From IMG/VR virus record IMGVR_UViG_3300020215_000004: DNA of 64,000 nt; one strand, 5' to 3'. The translations under genes were made by a program, and so were the position numbers. The notes under the pieces are model-generated. The model made no database searches. It saw only the letters and a program-made list of their open reading frames with translations, and had not been told where the DNA came from. This document shows positions 41,277-50,388 of this stretch, piece by piece. This DNA comes from a virus. Numbering within the stretch: position 1 is the first letter of the stretch; each line of letters starts with the position of its first letter.

Positions 41277-41496
41277 TGTCACGCTCCCGTTGGGAATTAT
41301 CCGAGACACACGGTTCAAAGCGAACCGCTGCAATGTTGGCGAACCGAAGGAAGGTGCGGTTCCCGTCGCCGGATGTCGATAGCCACATATCTTCGCCCTC
41401 GCGAAGCTTCGCCTCAATCAGAGCAACAGCCTCGTCCTCGAATACCGAGCTGATTTGCGTGTTGCCGCCGCAGTAGAAGCTGACGCGCGCGCTCAC
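41266..41496 (-). CDS. hypothetical early protein
   Basis: 76 aa, ATGA-coupled. Confidence 0.4.
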   Translation of the reverse strand: MSARVSFYCGGNTQISSVFEDEAVALIEAKLREGEDMWLSTSGDGNRTFLRFANIAAVRFEPCVSDNSQRERDNDV

Positions 41497-41744
41497 TCTG
41501 TTCGCTCCTGAATGTCTGCCTTGAAGCCATTCAACTGCTTGCCCATGAGCGCGCGGACCTCATTCCCTAGCGGCGTGCGCCGCACTGTAACGCGATCATC
41601 CCAATCGCTGCGCTCATCATAGATCAGGTCGTAGTAGCGAAGCAGGGTGTCCGTGCGCGGCGTCCACGACGAGTATTCACAGCTCGCCAAACGGCTGCGC
41701 TCGCGCTCATTGAGCTTGTCCAGAATGGCTTGCGGCTTGCTCAT
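41493..41744 (-). CDS. hypothetical early protein
   Basis: 83 aa, ATGA-coupled. Confidence 0.45.
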   Translation of the reverse strand: MSKPQAILDKLNERERSRLASCEYSSWTPRTDTLLRYYDLIYDERSDWDDRVTVRRTPLGNEVRALMGKQLNGFKADIQERTE

Positions 41745-41995
41745 CCCGCATCTACCTCGTCGGACGTTGCAGGCGTGGTGACCGACGACTGCTCGCGGAA
41801 CATCTCGCGCGCTAGCCGTTCGCCTTCCTCAGTGAACGCCCAATCATCATAGGGGGCCGGGATATAGGCCAGCTCCGCTTCAAACAGCGTGGCGACCTCC
41901 TCATCAGTGAGGCGCACGCGGCTGATGTGCAGGTGATAACGCCACGCATGCATGAGCGCGTTGCGCTCGTCGCGATCCAGATCGGCAAGCTCCAT
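41741..41995 (-). CDS. hypothetical early protein
   Basis: Start placed at ATG 41995 (MELADLDRDERNALMHAW), overlapping the methylase stop by 1 nt. Confidence 0.4.
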   Translation of the reverse strand: MELADLDRDERNALMHAWRYHLHISRVRLTDEEVATLFEAELAYIPAPYDDWAFTEEGERLAREMFREQSSVTTPATSDEVDAG

Positions 41996-42576
41996 CACTT
42001 CACTCCATCGGATGGGACGGCGTGACCGCGCCACACGACAACCACGCTCGAGAAGAAGCCCGACGCGCGGTAGGGTCCGCCAGTCAGGAAGCGCACGCGC
42101 CCGCGTATCCAGCGCAAATCCTCGGCGTGGCCGACAACGTCGTCATGCCACCACGCGAGGTCAGTAGACGCGGGCAGGAGCCCCACGACAACGAGGGCGC
42201 CGCTGGCCGCCTCTAAGCGGGCCTTGCGCGTCCAGGCGTAAACCTCGCGTCCATAAGGCGGGTTCATAAACACACGCTCGCCCGCCCAGCTTCGCTCGAG
42301 CCCGTTGTCAGCTTCGGTGTAGAACTTTCGGCACTTTGTCGTTTCGGGCGTCGCGCACGGATCCAGCGTGAACCGAAACTCAAGGTCCAACGGGTCAAAC
42401 ACTTCCGGCGGCGTAGCCCAATGACGCCCGTTGCCGTTGTAGCGTCCGTTGTTCTTCGCCTTCGTGCCTTTCAGCACGGCGACGTTGTCGGACGCGGCGA
42501 TAGTGCGGCGGTCGCTCAAGTCGGATCTACCCGTGCGGACGTGTCTGATGCGGTGACCGACGACTTCGGCAGGCAT
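41995..42576 (-). CDS. DNA N6-adenine methyltransferase (phage Dam type)
   Basis: HWATPPEVFDPL...FTLDPCA...ERVFMNPPYGREV (NPPY catalytic motif). Start uncertain. Confidence 0.75.
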   Translation of the reverse strand: MPAEVVGHRIRHVRTGRSDLSDRRTIAASDNVAVLKGTKAKNNGRYNGNGRHWATPPEVFDPLDLEFRFTLDPCATPETTKCRKFYTEADNGLERSWAGERVFMNPPYGREVYAWTRKARLEAASGALVVVGLLPASTDLAWWHDDVVGHAEDLRWIRGRVRFLTGGPYRASGFFSSVVVVWRGHAVPSDGVK

Positions 42577-42788
42577 CGGCGCGGAATGGCGCGCGCATGC
42601 GCAATGATCATCAAGCAGTGCGGGCAGTCGATTCTGCCGCGCGCCGAGACCATCGGCTCGCAACTACCTTCCTCTTGAAGCAACGAGTCGCCACACAGCG
42701 TACGGTCGTCGCCACCGTAGCCGTCAGCGTGGATGCGATCCTCGTCATCCTTCCAGAGCTGGTGCGGATCAGTCGGCCGCCACATCAC
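42516..42788 (-). CDS. hypothetical early protein, CxxC-containing
   Basis: 90 aa containing RIDCPHC. Its 3' end overlaps the methylase start region. Confidence 0.35.
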   Translation of the reverse strand: MMWRPTDPHQLWKDDEDRIHADGYGGDDRTLCGDSLLQEEGSCEPMVSARGRIDCPHCLMIIAHARAIPRRCLPKSSVTASDTSARVDPT

Positions 42789-43033
42789 TTACCTCCAGTC
42801 GTATCTGCGCGTTCGGATGCGGCAGTCGCAGAGCGTTGTCCGCGCGCGACAATGCTCATATTGCGGCGTGTGTTGGCGATCATCCTGCGGCAAACCGCGC
42901 TCAGTGGGCCGCGCCACCAGCGATGATTGCACATGACTTCCTCCAGCACGCGCAACTGTAGTTCCACAGCGGCTGCGTAGGCTTTGCGCTCAGGGTCGCC
43001 CTGCAACGCTTCGGCGATTTCAGCGTCCGTCAC
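42785..43033 (-). CDS. hypothetical early protein
   Basis: GTG 43033 overlaps the upstream stop (GTGA). Confidence 0.4.
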   Translation of the reverse strand: MTDAEIAEALQGDPERKAYAAAVELQLRVLEEVMCNHRWWRGPLSAVCRRMIANTRRNMSIVARGQRSATAASERADTTGGK

Positions 43034-43254
43034 GGCTTCTCCTGAATGGCTTGTGACGAGCAATTCAACCGGCCCAACCGGCGCTTGGCTTCTACCTGCA
43101 TCGCGTGCAGCTTCCGCCCATCGGCGCTATACCTTCCGGCTCCTGTCACATTGACTTGAAGCAGGAGAGCGCGCGCTTGATCCGCCAGTTCGGCATCGGA
43201 CAACTTCTCTAGCTGCTCTTGCAACCGTATCGCCTCGTATTGTGCCGCTCGCAT
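43030..43254 (-). CDS. hypothetical early protein, coiled coil
   Basis: ATG 43254 (MRAAQYEAIRLQEQLEKL) lies just after the upstream stop. Confidence 0.4.
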   Translation of the reverse strand: MRAAQYEAIRLQEQLEKLSDAELADQARALLLQVNVTGAGRYSADGRKLHAMQVEAKRRLGRLNCSSQAIQEKP

Positions 43255-43264
43255 TTGCGTGACC

Positions 43265-43540
43265 TCAAACTGACTTCTGGAGGAGATTATGGACCGCATT
43301 ACCTAGCGGGGTGAGGGCGATGAATGTTCCGATTTCTCTTGAGTGTTCGTAGCACTCGAACAAAGGATCATCCGCGATGCGAAGGCGTCCTTTGATTTTC
43401 TCGGCGCTCGCCCGCGTCCGCATCGCGGACTCGAAGTCGTAAAAATCCATACCCCGATTTTGGAGGTAGTGCGGCTGAAGCACCTGGACGGCCAGTCGCC
43501 GCAAGGGGCTTAGGTCGGCGGCGATTTGCTCAGCGGTCAC
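43265..43540 (-). CDS. hypothetical early protein
   Basis: GTG 43540. Only the C-terminal 91 codons of the 176-aa track ORF look coding. Confidence 0.35.
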   Translation of the reverse strand: MTAEQIAADLSPLRRLAVQVLQPHYLQNRGMDFYDFESAMRTRASAEKIKGRLRIADDPLFECYEHSREIGTFIALTPLGNAVHNLLQKSV

Positions 43541-43568
43541 TTGTTCGTTCCTGAATTGGATTTGCAAG

Positions 43569-43820
43569 TCAGTTCGACATCTCGGCGCGAATGCGCTGAG
43601 CGATAGAGTTACGTGTGGCCCGCACCACTGCGCCGACCGCATCCTTGAGCGGCAGCAGACGCAAGGGAGAGGGCGGCTCGCCTTCAGGCTCCGGCTCGCT
43701 CTCCGCGATACGCGCCGCTTGTGTGAGTGCTTCCGCACGGCCGGCGTTGTAGGCATCTTCCTGACTGGCAAACATGTTTCCGGACATCTGTTCACTCCTC
43801 AATGTGTTGTGCTGAGACAC
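43569..43820 (-). CDS. hypothetical early protein
   Basis: 83 aa. Overlaps the upstream ORF end. Confidence 0.4.
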   Translation of the reverse strand: MSQHNTLRSEQMSGNMFASQEDAYNAGRAEALTQAARIAESEPEPEGEPPSPLRLLPLKDAVGAVVRATRNSIAQRIRAEMSN

Positions 43821-44169
43821 GTCCGACGCCCGGCGTCGGGTGCCATGTCCCGTTGATTTGGTGAATTAGGTCGGCGTGCTTGAGCCGATGGAGCGCTGTC
43901 CTTACGGTTCGTTCCTTCAGGTGAGTGCGCGCGACGATCTCATTCCCGCGCAAGCCGTGCTCGCGCGAGATAAGCGCGAGCACCACTTCCTTCGCGCCCA
44001 CTGTTTCAGTGGCGGCACCGCTCAAGCGAAGGGCGAGGTACTTCATCACGCGGTCTTGTACGTCGCGGTCAAGCGGCTCTAGCGCGTTGAAGCACGTCTC
44101 CATCGCCTCAAGCTCTGGATCGCGATCTGAGACCGCGAGAAGTAAGTCCATGGCATGGCCGTCCATCAT
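43792..44169 (-). CDS. winged-helix DNA-binding protein (putative)
   Basis: ATGA-coupled start 44169. LRGNEIVARTHLKERTVRTALHRLKHADLI is wHTH-like. Confidence 0.45.
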   Translation of the reverse strand: MMDGHAMDLLLAVSDRDPELEAMETCFNALEPLDRDVQDRVMKYLALRLSGAATETVGAKEVVLALISREHGLRGNEIVARTHLKERTVRTALHRLKHADLIHQINGTWHPTPGVGRVSAQHIEE

Positions 44170-44468
44170 CGCATCACCCTGTATTCCCGCCATGGATTGA
44201 TCGGCGCCCAGCCCTTGCTGACGGCTGGCCGCGCCTTTGTCTTGACCTTGCGGCGTGGCGATCTTGCCTTTGCAATCAAGCTCTGATTGCGGGATTTGTG
44301 CTCGTGCTCGAACCAACCCTTTGTCTCGCCGCGCCGCTGCATCAGCATCAAGCGCTCGTAAACCGAGCCGGGGTTGGCACCGACTTCTTCGGCGGCCCAG
44401 CGCGGCATCCACCCCTGACGAACGAGGGCGATAGCCGCGTCAACTTTGGCGCAGCGGCGCTTAGCCAT
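44166..44468 (-). CDS. HTH protein (putative)
   Basis: Start ATG 44468. AIALVRQGWMPRWAAEEVGANPGSVYERL is HTH-like. Basic tail. Confidence 0.4.
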   Translation of the reverse strand: MAKRRCAKVDAAIALVRQGWMPRWAAEEVGANPGSVYERLMLMQRRGETKGWFEHEHKSRNQSLIAKARSPRRKVKTKARPAVSKGWAPINPWREYRVMR

Positions 44469-44838
44469 TCGTATTGTCTCCAGCGGACGTGGCTTGCGGC
44501 GAGCCGTTCGCCACCTTGGCGAGAGCGGCGCGGGCGAACTCCAGACGCGCCTTAAGCTCATCGCCAACGGCGTTGTTCGGAATGTAAAAGGAGGTCGTGA
44601 ACGCCTCGCTTGAAGCGAGTCTAGACAGCGCTTCGTACAGATCGGGCGCGGCTGCGATCAGCTCCATGTTAGCGCGCACAATCGCGTGGTGCTTCGCGCT
44701 TTTTTCGCGCTCATGCTCCTTGTGCGCGATGAGGCGCCCAATCCCGTCGCAAACGCCCAAGCCTTCGCTTGCCGGGTCGAAGCCGTCGCCGAGCACTTCA
44801 ACGCGCCACGGTCCCGGAGTAAATCTCGCCTCTCTCAT
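44461..44838 (-). CDS. hypothetical early protein
   Basis: 125 aa. N-terminal FTPGPWRVE motif, common in small phage proteins. Confidence 0.45.
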   Translation of the reverse strand: MREARFTPGPWRVEVLGDGFDPASEGLGVCDGIGRLIAHKEHEREKSAKHHAIVRANMELIAAAPDLYEALSRLASSEAFTTSFYIPNNAVGDELKARLEFARAALAKVANGSPQATSAGDNTNG

Positions 44839-44864
44839 TCTCTTCTCTCAGGGTTGGGGGAGGG

Positions 44865-44978
44865 CTATTTGAACAACTTCGAGCCGAGCCAGATGCCGAG
44901 CGCGATAGCGAGTGCTCCAGCCACAAAGCCAACGAGCATTCCGCCGAGCATTGGATTGAGAGCCGCTTCGGGCATCAT
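44865..44978 (-). CDS. 37-aa TM peptide
   Basis: MMPEAALNPMLGGMLVGFVAGALAIALGIWLGSKLFK. ATGA-coupled. Below the cutoff. Confidence 0.3.
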   Translation of the reverse strand: MMPEAALNPMLGGMLVGFVAGALAIALGIWLGSKLFK

Positions 44979-45166
44979 TCCGCATCCTTCAAAGCAGGGA
45001 GAGAAAGCGCATCCAGCGCGGCAGCGTCAGAACATGCACCGCAGTAGTTGGAGACGTTCGCCACCAAATGGCGACCCACGGTTTCGGCGATACGGTGATC
45101 AGTCTCAAATCGTCCTCCAAAGGCGGGTAACCGTGCGGACATCGCCTGGATCAAGAGCGACGACAT
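44975..45166 (-). CDS. hypothetical early protein
   Basis: 63 aa, coupled at both ends. Confidence 0.35.
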   Translation of the reverse strand: MSSLLIQAMSARLPAFGGRFETDHRIAETVGRHLVANVSNYCGACSDAAALDALSLPALKDAE

Positions 45167-45411
45167 CAGCCCGCACCGATGTAATCGACGACCTCTTCAG
45201 GAAGATCGTTGGCGATGGCGTCGAGGCCGCAAGCGACGTAACGCTCCTTGGTTGTCGTGAGCACGCCGGCGCGGTGACACGTTCCAGCGAACTTCTCCCA
45301 CGCGGCAACCAGGTCAGCGTGATCGCGCAGAATATCCCCGCCGTATTGGTTGAACGTCGCGGCCCACTGAGCGCGCGTTGCTTCGGCGAACTTGCAAGGC
45401 ATCGACATCAT
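45166..45411 (-). CDS. hypothetical early protein
   Basis: Start ATG 45411 (MMSMPCKFAE), ATGA-coupled. Confidence 0.4.
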   Translation of the reverse strand: MMSMPCKFAEATRAQWAATFNQYGGDILRDHADLVAAWEKFAGTCHRAGVLTTTKERYVACGLDAIANDLPEEVVDYIGAG

Positions 45412-45662
45412 GCTTCCTCCGGACGAGCGGGGAGGCGCTTGCGCGGAAGCCCGTTCACGAGGCTGGACTTCACGCCATAGCCGCACTCGCGCAGCGCCTT
45501 GTGATAGGGGAGGAGCACGGGGTAGGCGCCGGCCACGTAGCCGCGCTCTTCCCAATACTCGTTGATCTTATCCGCGAGCTTCTGCGCGCCGTCCCGCGAC
45601 GATCCGTCGTTATCGGGAATGCCAAACAGGTCTTCGGAGAATGGTTCTTCAGCGAGAGCCAC
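45408..45662 (-). CDS. hypothetical early protein
   Basis: 84 aa of normal composition. Confidence 0.4.
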   Translation of the reverse strand: MALAEEPFSEDLFGIPDNDGSSRDGAQKLADKINEYWEERGYVAGAYPVLLPYHKALRECGYGVKSSLVNGLPRKRLPARPEEA

Positions 45663-46044
45663 GGGCGCCTCCCGCTTTGCGCTTGGGCTGACGGATGCGC
45701 TTTAGCGCGTCGGCGAGCGTCTTCTCTACGCCGGCTTCGCCGCTTTCAAAGCGCTTCACCAATTCGCCGGCGAGCGTCTCGCTCGTGGCCTCGGGCACTG
45801 TGCATCGGGACATGCTGCGCATCTCCAGGTTTTCGCGGTAGGCGGGCGCTAGCCCGTTCAGGTTCTTGATGGCCGACTGGAAAAGCTCCCAGTCTTCGTC
45901 GCGCCAGCACTCCGCCGCGAGCTTCATCTGCGCGTCGATCTGCTCGCGCTGCTTGGCGATCGTCTCGCCCAGTATGTCACGCTCCTTCTTGTGCGAAACG
46001 TGAAGCGCCTGGCGTGTCGTCATCGGTGCGCCTGAAAGGCTCAT
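45649..46044 (-). CDS. hypothetical early protein
   Basis: 131 aa, helical. Confidence 0.4.
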   Translation of the reverse strand: MSLSGAPMTTRQALHVSHKKERDILGETIAKQREQIDAQMKLAAECWRDEDWELFQSAIKNLNGLAPAYRENLEMRSMSRCTVPEATSETLAGELVKRFESGEAGVEKTLADALKRIRQPKRKAGGARGSR

Positions 46045-46517
46045 GTCCGCTCCGTAGAATTACCGCGCGCAGCGGAGGCCCCGTTAGCCCCCGACGACTC
46101 CGCTGCGCGCTCCCCTCCCGGCGAGGAGGAGTCTATTGGTTGGTCTGTGAAGGTGACGCCGTTCTGGACGCCCCATGTCTCGATGAGCTGGAGAAGGTCG
46201 CCCATTTCCTCTGGCGACATCTCAGATGTGCGCGCGCCGAACGCGACGAAGCCTGTGCCGTCTAGGTTCGGCGTAATTTCTTGGCCGCGCAGCGAGGCGG
46301 TAAAGAGCGCCTTCCAATCTTCGCTGGAGCGCTTCTTGCCGTGCCATTCCTTCTGCTCGGCGATGTCATCAAGGAACGCCCACATGCGCGCGTTCTGAGG
46401 ATTGGAACGGGTAGGGGGCTTGAACAGCAGCGTGTAGCCGAGCGGGCACTTGTCGAGCCACTTGGCCGCTTGCGCTCTGTCGCGCCCGCTGTGGAGGGTG
46501 ATCTTCGCGGGCTTCAC
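46041..46517 (-). CDS. ninB: NinB/Orf-family recombination mediator
   Basis: PTRSNPQNARMWAFLDDIAEQKEWHGKK...WKALF matches the lambda Orf/NinB signature. Adjacent to the annealing protein. Confidence 0.65.
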   Translation of the reverse strand: MKPAKITLHSGRDRAQAAKWLDKCPLGYTLLFKPPTRSNPQNARMWAFLDDIAEQKEWHGKKRSSEDWKALFTASLRGQEITPNLDGTGFVAFGARTSEMSPEEMGDLLQLIETWGVQNGVTFTDQPIDSSSPGGERAAESSGANGASAARGNSTERT

Positions 46518-47611
46518 GACGCGCGCCGCTCCGCTGCAAGCTGTTCGGCCACGGCGTCAGCGAAACGCTCCTGGGCGGCTTCGTAGAGTGATTGCGCCTC
46601 GGTTTGCTGCGCTTCGCTCAGTTTGCCCCAGCGCGCCTCCGTGTGCGCGTCGGCGCGCCATGCTTCCAGCGCGTTCAAGTCGGTGGCGGCCTCGATGCCT
46701 GCCTTAATCTTCCCCAGGGCCGCGTCGCCATCTTCCAACCGGAGCTTGGCGCGCTCGTACAATTCCTCGATGCCGTCATGGCTGTTCTGCGAAATGCAGC
46801 GCCGCTTACCGACCCAGTACTTGCGTTCGAAAGACTTCCAAAGCTGCTCCAGCTTGTCGGCGTCCGCGCAGTTGTCGAAGTTCGCTGTATAGTGCGCGAG
46901 CACTAAGCCCCACGCCTCACCATGAATAAAATTGTTGCTTTCTTCGATCTCATCTTGCGGGCGCTGATCGATGTCGTCCAGCGTCTCCGAACCCGTGACG
47001 GTCGCGCGCTCGACGCCTTCCATCTCATCGACGGTGTAAACGCCCATGATGATTTCGGGGCAGTACTTCCGCGCCCAAGCGCGGATCGAATAGTAGCCTA
47101 GTTGCTGGTCCTCATCCGTTTTCCAGAGAGGGGAGTTCTTCGTGGTGATCTTCTTGACTTCTGGCGAGACATAGACGCTGGGCTTGCTGTCGCCTTTAAG
47201 CGTCGCGCTGATGATGCACTGACGCGTTGTGCCGGGCTCGCCGCGGTATTCGTACTGCGGGCGCTCCTGAACTGGCGCGTGCGCGTTGATGACGGCCGTA
47301 ACAAGCTGCGCCTCGTAGGCGATGCTGTCATTGGTGACGTAAGCCTTCTGGCTCACCGCGAACGGGGACATGCCCCACTGCATCGCCTGCATGGTGATAG
47401 CGACGCACGCGCCGGGGTTCTGACGGAACGCCTTGCCGACCATCGGCCCAGCCTTCGCCATGAGCTGGCCGAACTCCATCACCTCGGCCAAGTTCTTCGG
47501 GACCATCGCGCCGCCATGGATTTGCACGGCGCCGGCGCGCGCGCGCAGCTCGGCGTTATCGACAGGGGCCGGGAGATGTGCGTCGTCAGCCACGGATTTT
47601 GACCTCACCAT
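46514..47611 (-). CDS. single-strand annealing protein (RecT/Red-beta-like)
   Basis: PGACVAITMQAMQWGMSPFAVSQKAYVTNDSIAYEAQL resembles the RecT-family core. Lies next to ninB in the early-left operon. Confidence 0.55.
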   Translation of the reverse strand: MVRSKSVADDAHLPAPVDNAELRARAGAVQIHGGAMVPKNLAEVMEFGQLMAKAGPMVGKAFRQNPGACVAITMQAMQWGMSPFAVSQKAYVTNDSIAYEAQLVTAVINAHAPVQERPQYEYRGEPGTTRQCIISATLKGDSKPSVYVSPEVKKITTKNSPLWKTDEDQQLGYYSIRAWARKYCPEIIMGVYTVDEMEGVERATVTGSETLDDIDQRPQDEIEESNNFIHGEAWGLVLAHYTANFDNCADADKLEQLWKSFERKYWVGKRRCISQNSHDGIEELYERAKLRLEDGDAALGKIKAGIEAATDLNALEAWRADAHTEARWGKLSEAQQTEAQSLYEAAQERFADAVAEQLAAERRAS

Positions 47612-48029
47612 TCATCTTGCGCGAGCGCGTCTTGTCGAAGCCACGGCTCTCGATCTTGGTTTTCCCTTGGAGGAGGGGCGGCTTGCCTTCAGCTTTGCGC
47701 TTTGCGCGGCGCGCTTGCTGGCCCGTCTTGAGCTGCCTGCGTTTCGTCTTCGCGGCGACGGGCGTGTCCACTTCGTTGTTCTGCCGCGCGTTGCACTCCC
47801 AACGCTGCGTTTCGCAGTTCTCGCGCGTGTGATCGCCGCCGCAGGAGAGCGCGATCTTGTGGCCGATGGTCGGCGCGCAAGGATGCGGCGCAACCTTCGT
47901 GCGATCGCACGGCTTTTCGCATCCGCACATGCATTGCCAGTCGTCTCGCTCGAAAATCTCGCGATCCGGGAAACGCTCGAAGGCGCGGCCATGGCGCTTG
48001 GCGCGAGCGATATGCGCGGCGCTGCTCAC
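47586..48029 (-). CDS. HNH endonuclease
   Basis: CMCGC...GHKIALSCGGDHTRENCETQRWECNARQNN. Confidence 0.65.
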   Translation of the reverse strand: MSSAAHIARAKRHGRAFERFPDREIFERDDWQCMCGCEKPCDRTKVAPHPCAPTIGHKIALSCGGDHTRENCETQRWECNARQNNEVDTPVAAKTKRRQLKTGQQARRAKRKAEGKPPLLQGKTKIESRGFDKTRSRKMNGEVKIRG

Positions 48030-48247
48030 GACGCCACTCCGAACGGCGGCTTTATCTTCAGCACCACAGCAGCGAACGCGTCTCCTGCTGGAATGAAAGG
48101 GGGCGCGGCGGCCGGAAGGGGAGGTTGATAAGCTTCCGATCCAGCCGCCGCGCTTTCGCGCGAGCCAAGGGGTTCGAGGCCTAGCTCTGCGCTAGCCGCT
48201 TGCGTTTTGGTGGGGAACACGCGCGCGGTGTTGGATTGGGCTTTCAT
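48026..48247 (-). CDS. hypothetical early protein
   Basis: ATG 48247 is ATGA-coupled. Pro/Ala-rich, weak. Confidence 0.3.
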   Translation of the reverse strand: MKAQSNTARVFPTKTQAASAELGLEPLGSRESAAAGSEAYQPPLPAAAPPFIPAGDAFAAVVLKIKPPFGVAS

Positions 48248-48468
48248 GCGGGCTCTCCCGTTTTGAGGGGAGGGCAGTCCCACGTTCCGCAGCGCCGACA
48301 AACGCGCGCGGGATCATTCGCCTTCGGTCCTGATCGGACCTCACGCGGCGGGTGACACTTAGGGATGCGCAAGATGATGTCGAAATAATCGCCTGCGCAC
48401 ATCTCTCGCGCGCTGAGCCAGTCATGGTCGCGCGCGAATACGCCGAGCAAAGGCTTGCACTCGCTCAT
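48244..48468 (-). CDS. hypothetical early protein, Cys-containing
   Basis: 74 aa, coupled. Confidence 0.4.
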   Translation of the reverse strand: MSECKPLLGVFARDHDWLSAREMCAGDYFDIILRIPKCHPPREVRSGPKANDPARVCRRCGTWDCPPLKTGEPA

Positions 48469-48887
48469 GCCGCGCCCTCCGGGCTCGCCTCGGCCGCCAG
48501 CGTTTCCAGAAGATGCTGATGCTCGCGCAGCGTGAGCGCGGTTTTCAGTTCACCGCAGAGCTTGGCTGTCTCAGCCGCCGTCGCGCACAGCTTGGCAATG
48601 ACATTGATCTCGGCTGCGAGGTCAGCGCGCAGGGTAGGGCAGACGTGCGAGCGTCCATCAGCCTTTGCCGCTTCGCGCGCGGCGCGACGAACGCGAGACT
48701 CCTCGCGATACTGAGCCTGCGAGAAGGCGTCTTCTTCCCGCGCAGCTTCCATTCCGGCCCGCACGTCAGGATCACGGAAGAAGTCATGGGGAGGGCGAAG
48801 CCCGAACTGACGGCGGGGGAGGGGCGCGCCTTCGATCACATGCGGTCGGAACGCGACCGGCAAAGGGATGACGTTGGTGTCGGTCAT
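48465..48887 (-). CDS. hypothetical early protein
   Basis: 140 aa, coupled. Confidence 0.45.
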   Translation of the reverse strand: MTDTNVIPLPVAFRPHVIEGAPLPRRQFGLRPPHDFFRDPDVRAGMEAAREEDAFSQAQYREESRVRRAAREAAKADGRSHVCPTLRADLAAEINVIAKLCATAAETAKLCGELKTALTLREHQHLLETLAAEASPEGAA

Positions 48888-49222
48888 GCCGACGCTCCGT
48901 CATCCTTGTTCGAGACGATGCCTAGTGCAGCACGCGCGTGCGTCAGCGCCTTCAGTCTGGCGTTCCAGTTCTTCTCCATCACGCTGACAAGGTTGTCGTT
49001 GACGGTTTCAAGCATGGTCACGCAAAGGCGGAGCGCATCATCGAGTTCTTCTACGCGGGCGATCAACGCAGGAGCCGCATCCGCCATTGCGCGCCGCGCG
49101 TCCTGCCACTTGCCGCGCGCAACTGCTCCGACAGGGAAGTCGTTATCAAGGTCCGCGCGCGCAGCTTCCGCATCTGCGTGCAGCGCCTTCAGCGCCTCAA
49201 GGTCCACGCTCACGGCGCTCAT
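48884..49222 (-). CDS. hypothetical early protein, paralogue of 39325-39624
   Basis: Shares the ARADLDNDFPVGAVARGKWQDARRAMADAAP block. Confidence 0.5.
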   Translation of the reverse strand: MSAVSVDLEALKALHADAEAARADLDNDFPVGAVARGKWQDARRAMADAAPALIARVEELDDALRLCVTMLETVNDNLVSVMEKNWNARLKALTHARAALGIVSNKDDGASA

Positions 49223-49638
49223 TGGGCGGCCTCCGGGTTGAGGGCGAGGCGCGCGAGCGCGCCCATTCTTCCGCTATGCGCCTGCCAAAACGCTGCGTAG
49301 GCCTGCCACGAGTGCGCTCCAGGATCGGGCGCAGGCGTCACGGGGCCGCGCGCGACGTTCGCTAGCGTTGTCCGCAGGGTGTCGCGCTCCGAGGTGATTG
49401 CATCCCCGATGGCCTCAGCGCTGGCGTCCGCATCAACCACGCCGACGATACGGCCAAGCGCGCGAAGCTCATCCTCCCACGATGGACCAGACGTATCCGT
49501 CGCTATGGCGAAGAGTGAGGTCGCCCCCTCGCGGCGCAGTTCGTCCGCGAGCGCTTCGTTCGCGGCTTCAAGGGTGGCGTGATAGCGCCCGACAAACACA
49601 AGGTCGCCGCGCGTGTAGACGTTGCGAAAGCCGCTCAT
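49219..49638 (-). CDS. hypothetical early protein
   Basis: 139 aa, coupled. Confidence 0.45.
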   Translation of the reverse strand: MSGFRNVYTRGDLVFVGRYHATLEAANEALADELRREGATSLFAIATDTSGPSWEDELRALGRIVGVVDADASAEAIGDAITSERDTLRTTLANVARGPVTPAPDPGAHSWQAYAAFWQAHSGRMGALARLALNPEAAQ

Positions 49639-49808
49639 CGCGCGACCTCCACCACGTCTACAAAGGCACCCTTTGAGCGGACGGCCTGTTGAAGACGGCC
49701 CGCGATCTCTGCCGCTTCGTATTTATCAGGGGTGCGCGCGAAAACGGCCCAGCCGCCGTCCTTCATGCTGCGCCGCACCTCATAAGTTTTCGCCTCGCCT
49801 TCCGGCAT
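49635..49808 (-). CDS. 57-aa first gene of the early-left operon
   Basis: GGAGGG SD. MPEGEAKTYEVRRSMKDGGWAVFARTPDKYEAAEIAGRL. ATGA-coupled downstream. Below the cutoff. Confidence 0.4.
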   Translation of the reverse strand: MPEGEAKTYEVRRSMKDGGWAVFARTPDKYEAAEIAGRLQQAVRSKGAFVDVVEVAR

Positions 49809-49869
49809 CGCTTTCCCTCCGAAGCAGTAGAGGGAGTGTGCAGTATGCCAACCTGTGCGTCAATGAAAA

Positions 49870-49888
49870 AGTGGGCACATTGCCCACT
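49870..49888. promoter_or_regulatory. operator O1 (left operator)
   Basis: Perfect inverted repeat AGTGGGCA-CAT-TGCCCACT between the repressor gene end and the first early-left gene. Confidence 0.6.
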
Positions 49889-49942
49889 GTAGCAAAAGCT
49901 TCGCTTTAACGGATTGTTAAGCGCTTGGTTTTTCGCCTAGCG

Positions 49943-50293
49943 CTACGTTTTGTCTGCGTCGTCGGCCGCCAACGTGCGCAGCAGCCGCAAGTCAATCGGG
50001 CGCCCGCGCTTTACGATCGCGCCGACAATCCGTTTAATTTCATCCGCTTCCTGGGGCGTGTACTGTACGATATCCCCAGGCTCTGCTTTCAACGCAATGG
50101 CAAAAGCCTCAAGTTGATCGCTGTTATACCGGCGAACGCCGCGTTCTAGTTTCGAAACATCCGACTTGCTGAGCTTCATAGCGCGATCCCCCCACGATTC
50201 GGTGATGTCGTTGACCGCGTGGGCGAGCTCTTCGAGCGTAAGCCCACGCGCTTCGCGCCACTGCTTGAGAAACCATAGGTTACGCTTGGCCAT
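49943..50293 (-). CDS. XRE-family HTH repressor (CI-like)
   Basis: LKQWREARGLTLEELAHAV...SKSDVSKLERG (HTH_3 pattern). Divergent from the cro-like gene. No S24 peptidase domain. Confidence 0.65.
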   Translation of the reverse strand: MAKRNLWFLKQWREARGLTLEELAHAVNDITESWGDRAMKLSKSDVSKLERGVRRYNSDQLEAFAIALKAEPGDIVQYTPQEADEIKRIVGAIVKRGRPIDLRLLRTLAADDADKT

Positions 50294-50325
50294 GGCCCAT
50301 CTACCCGCGCTTTAGATCGCATGTC

Positions 50326-50343
50326 GTGGGCGCTAGCGCCCAC
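50326..50343. promoter_or_regulatory. operator O2
   Basis: Perfect 18-bp palindrome GTGGGCGCTAGCGCCCAC in the divergent intergenic region. Confidence 0.6.
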
Positions 50344-50371
50344 TAAGCCGTAGAGGGGGTTGACCACATAG

Positions 50372-50388
50372 GTGGGCATAGTGCACAC
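50372..50388. promoter_or_regulatory. operator O3
   Basis: GTGGGCA-TAG-TGCACAC, same half-sites as O1 with one mismatch. TTGACC (50360-50365) just upstream. Confidence 0.5.
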
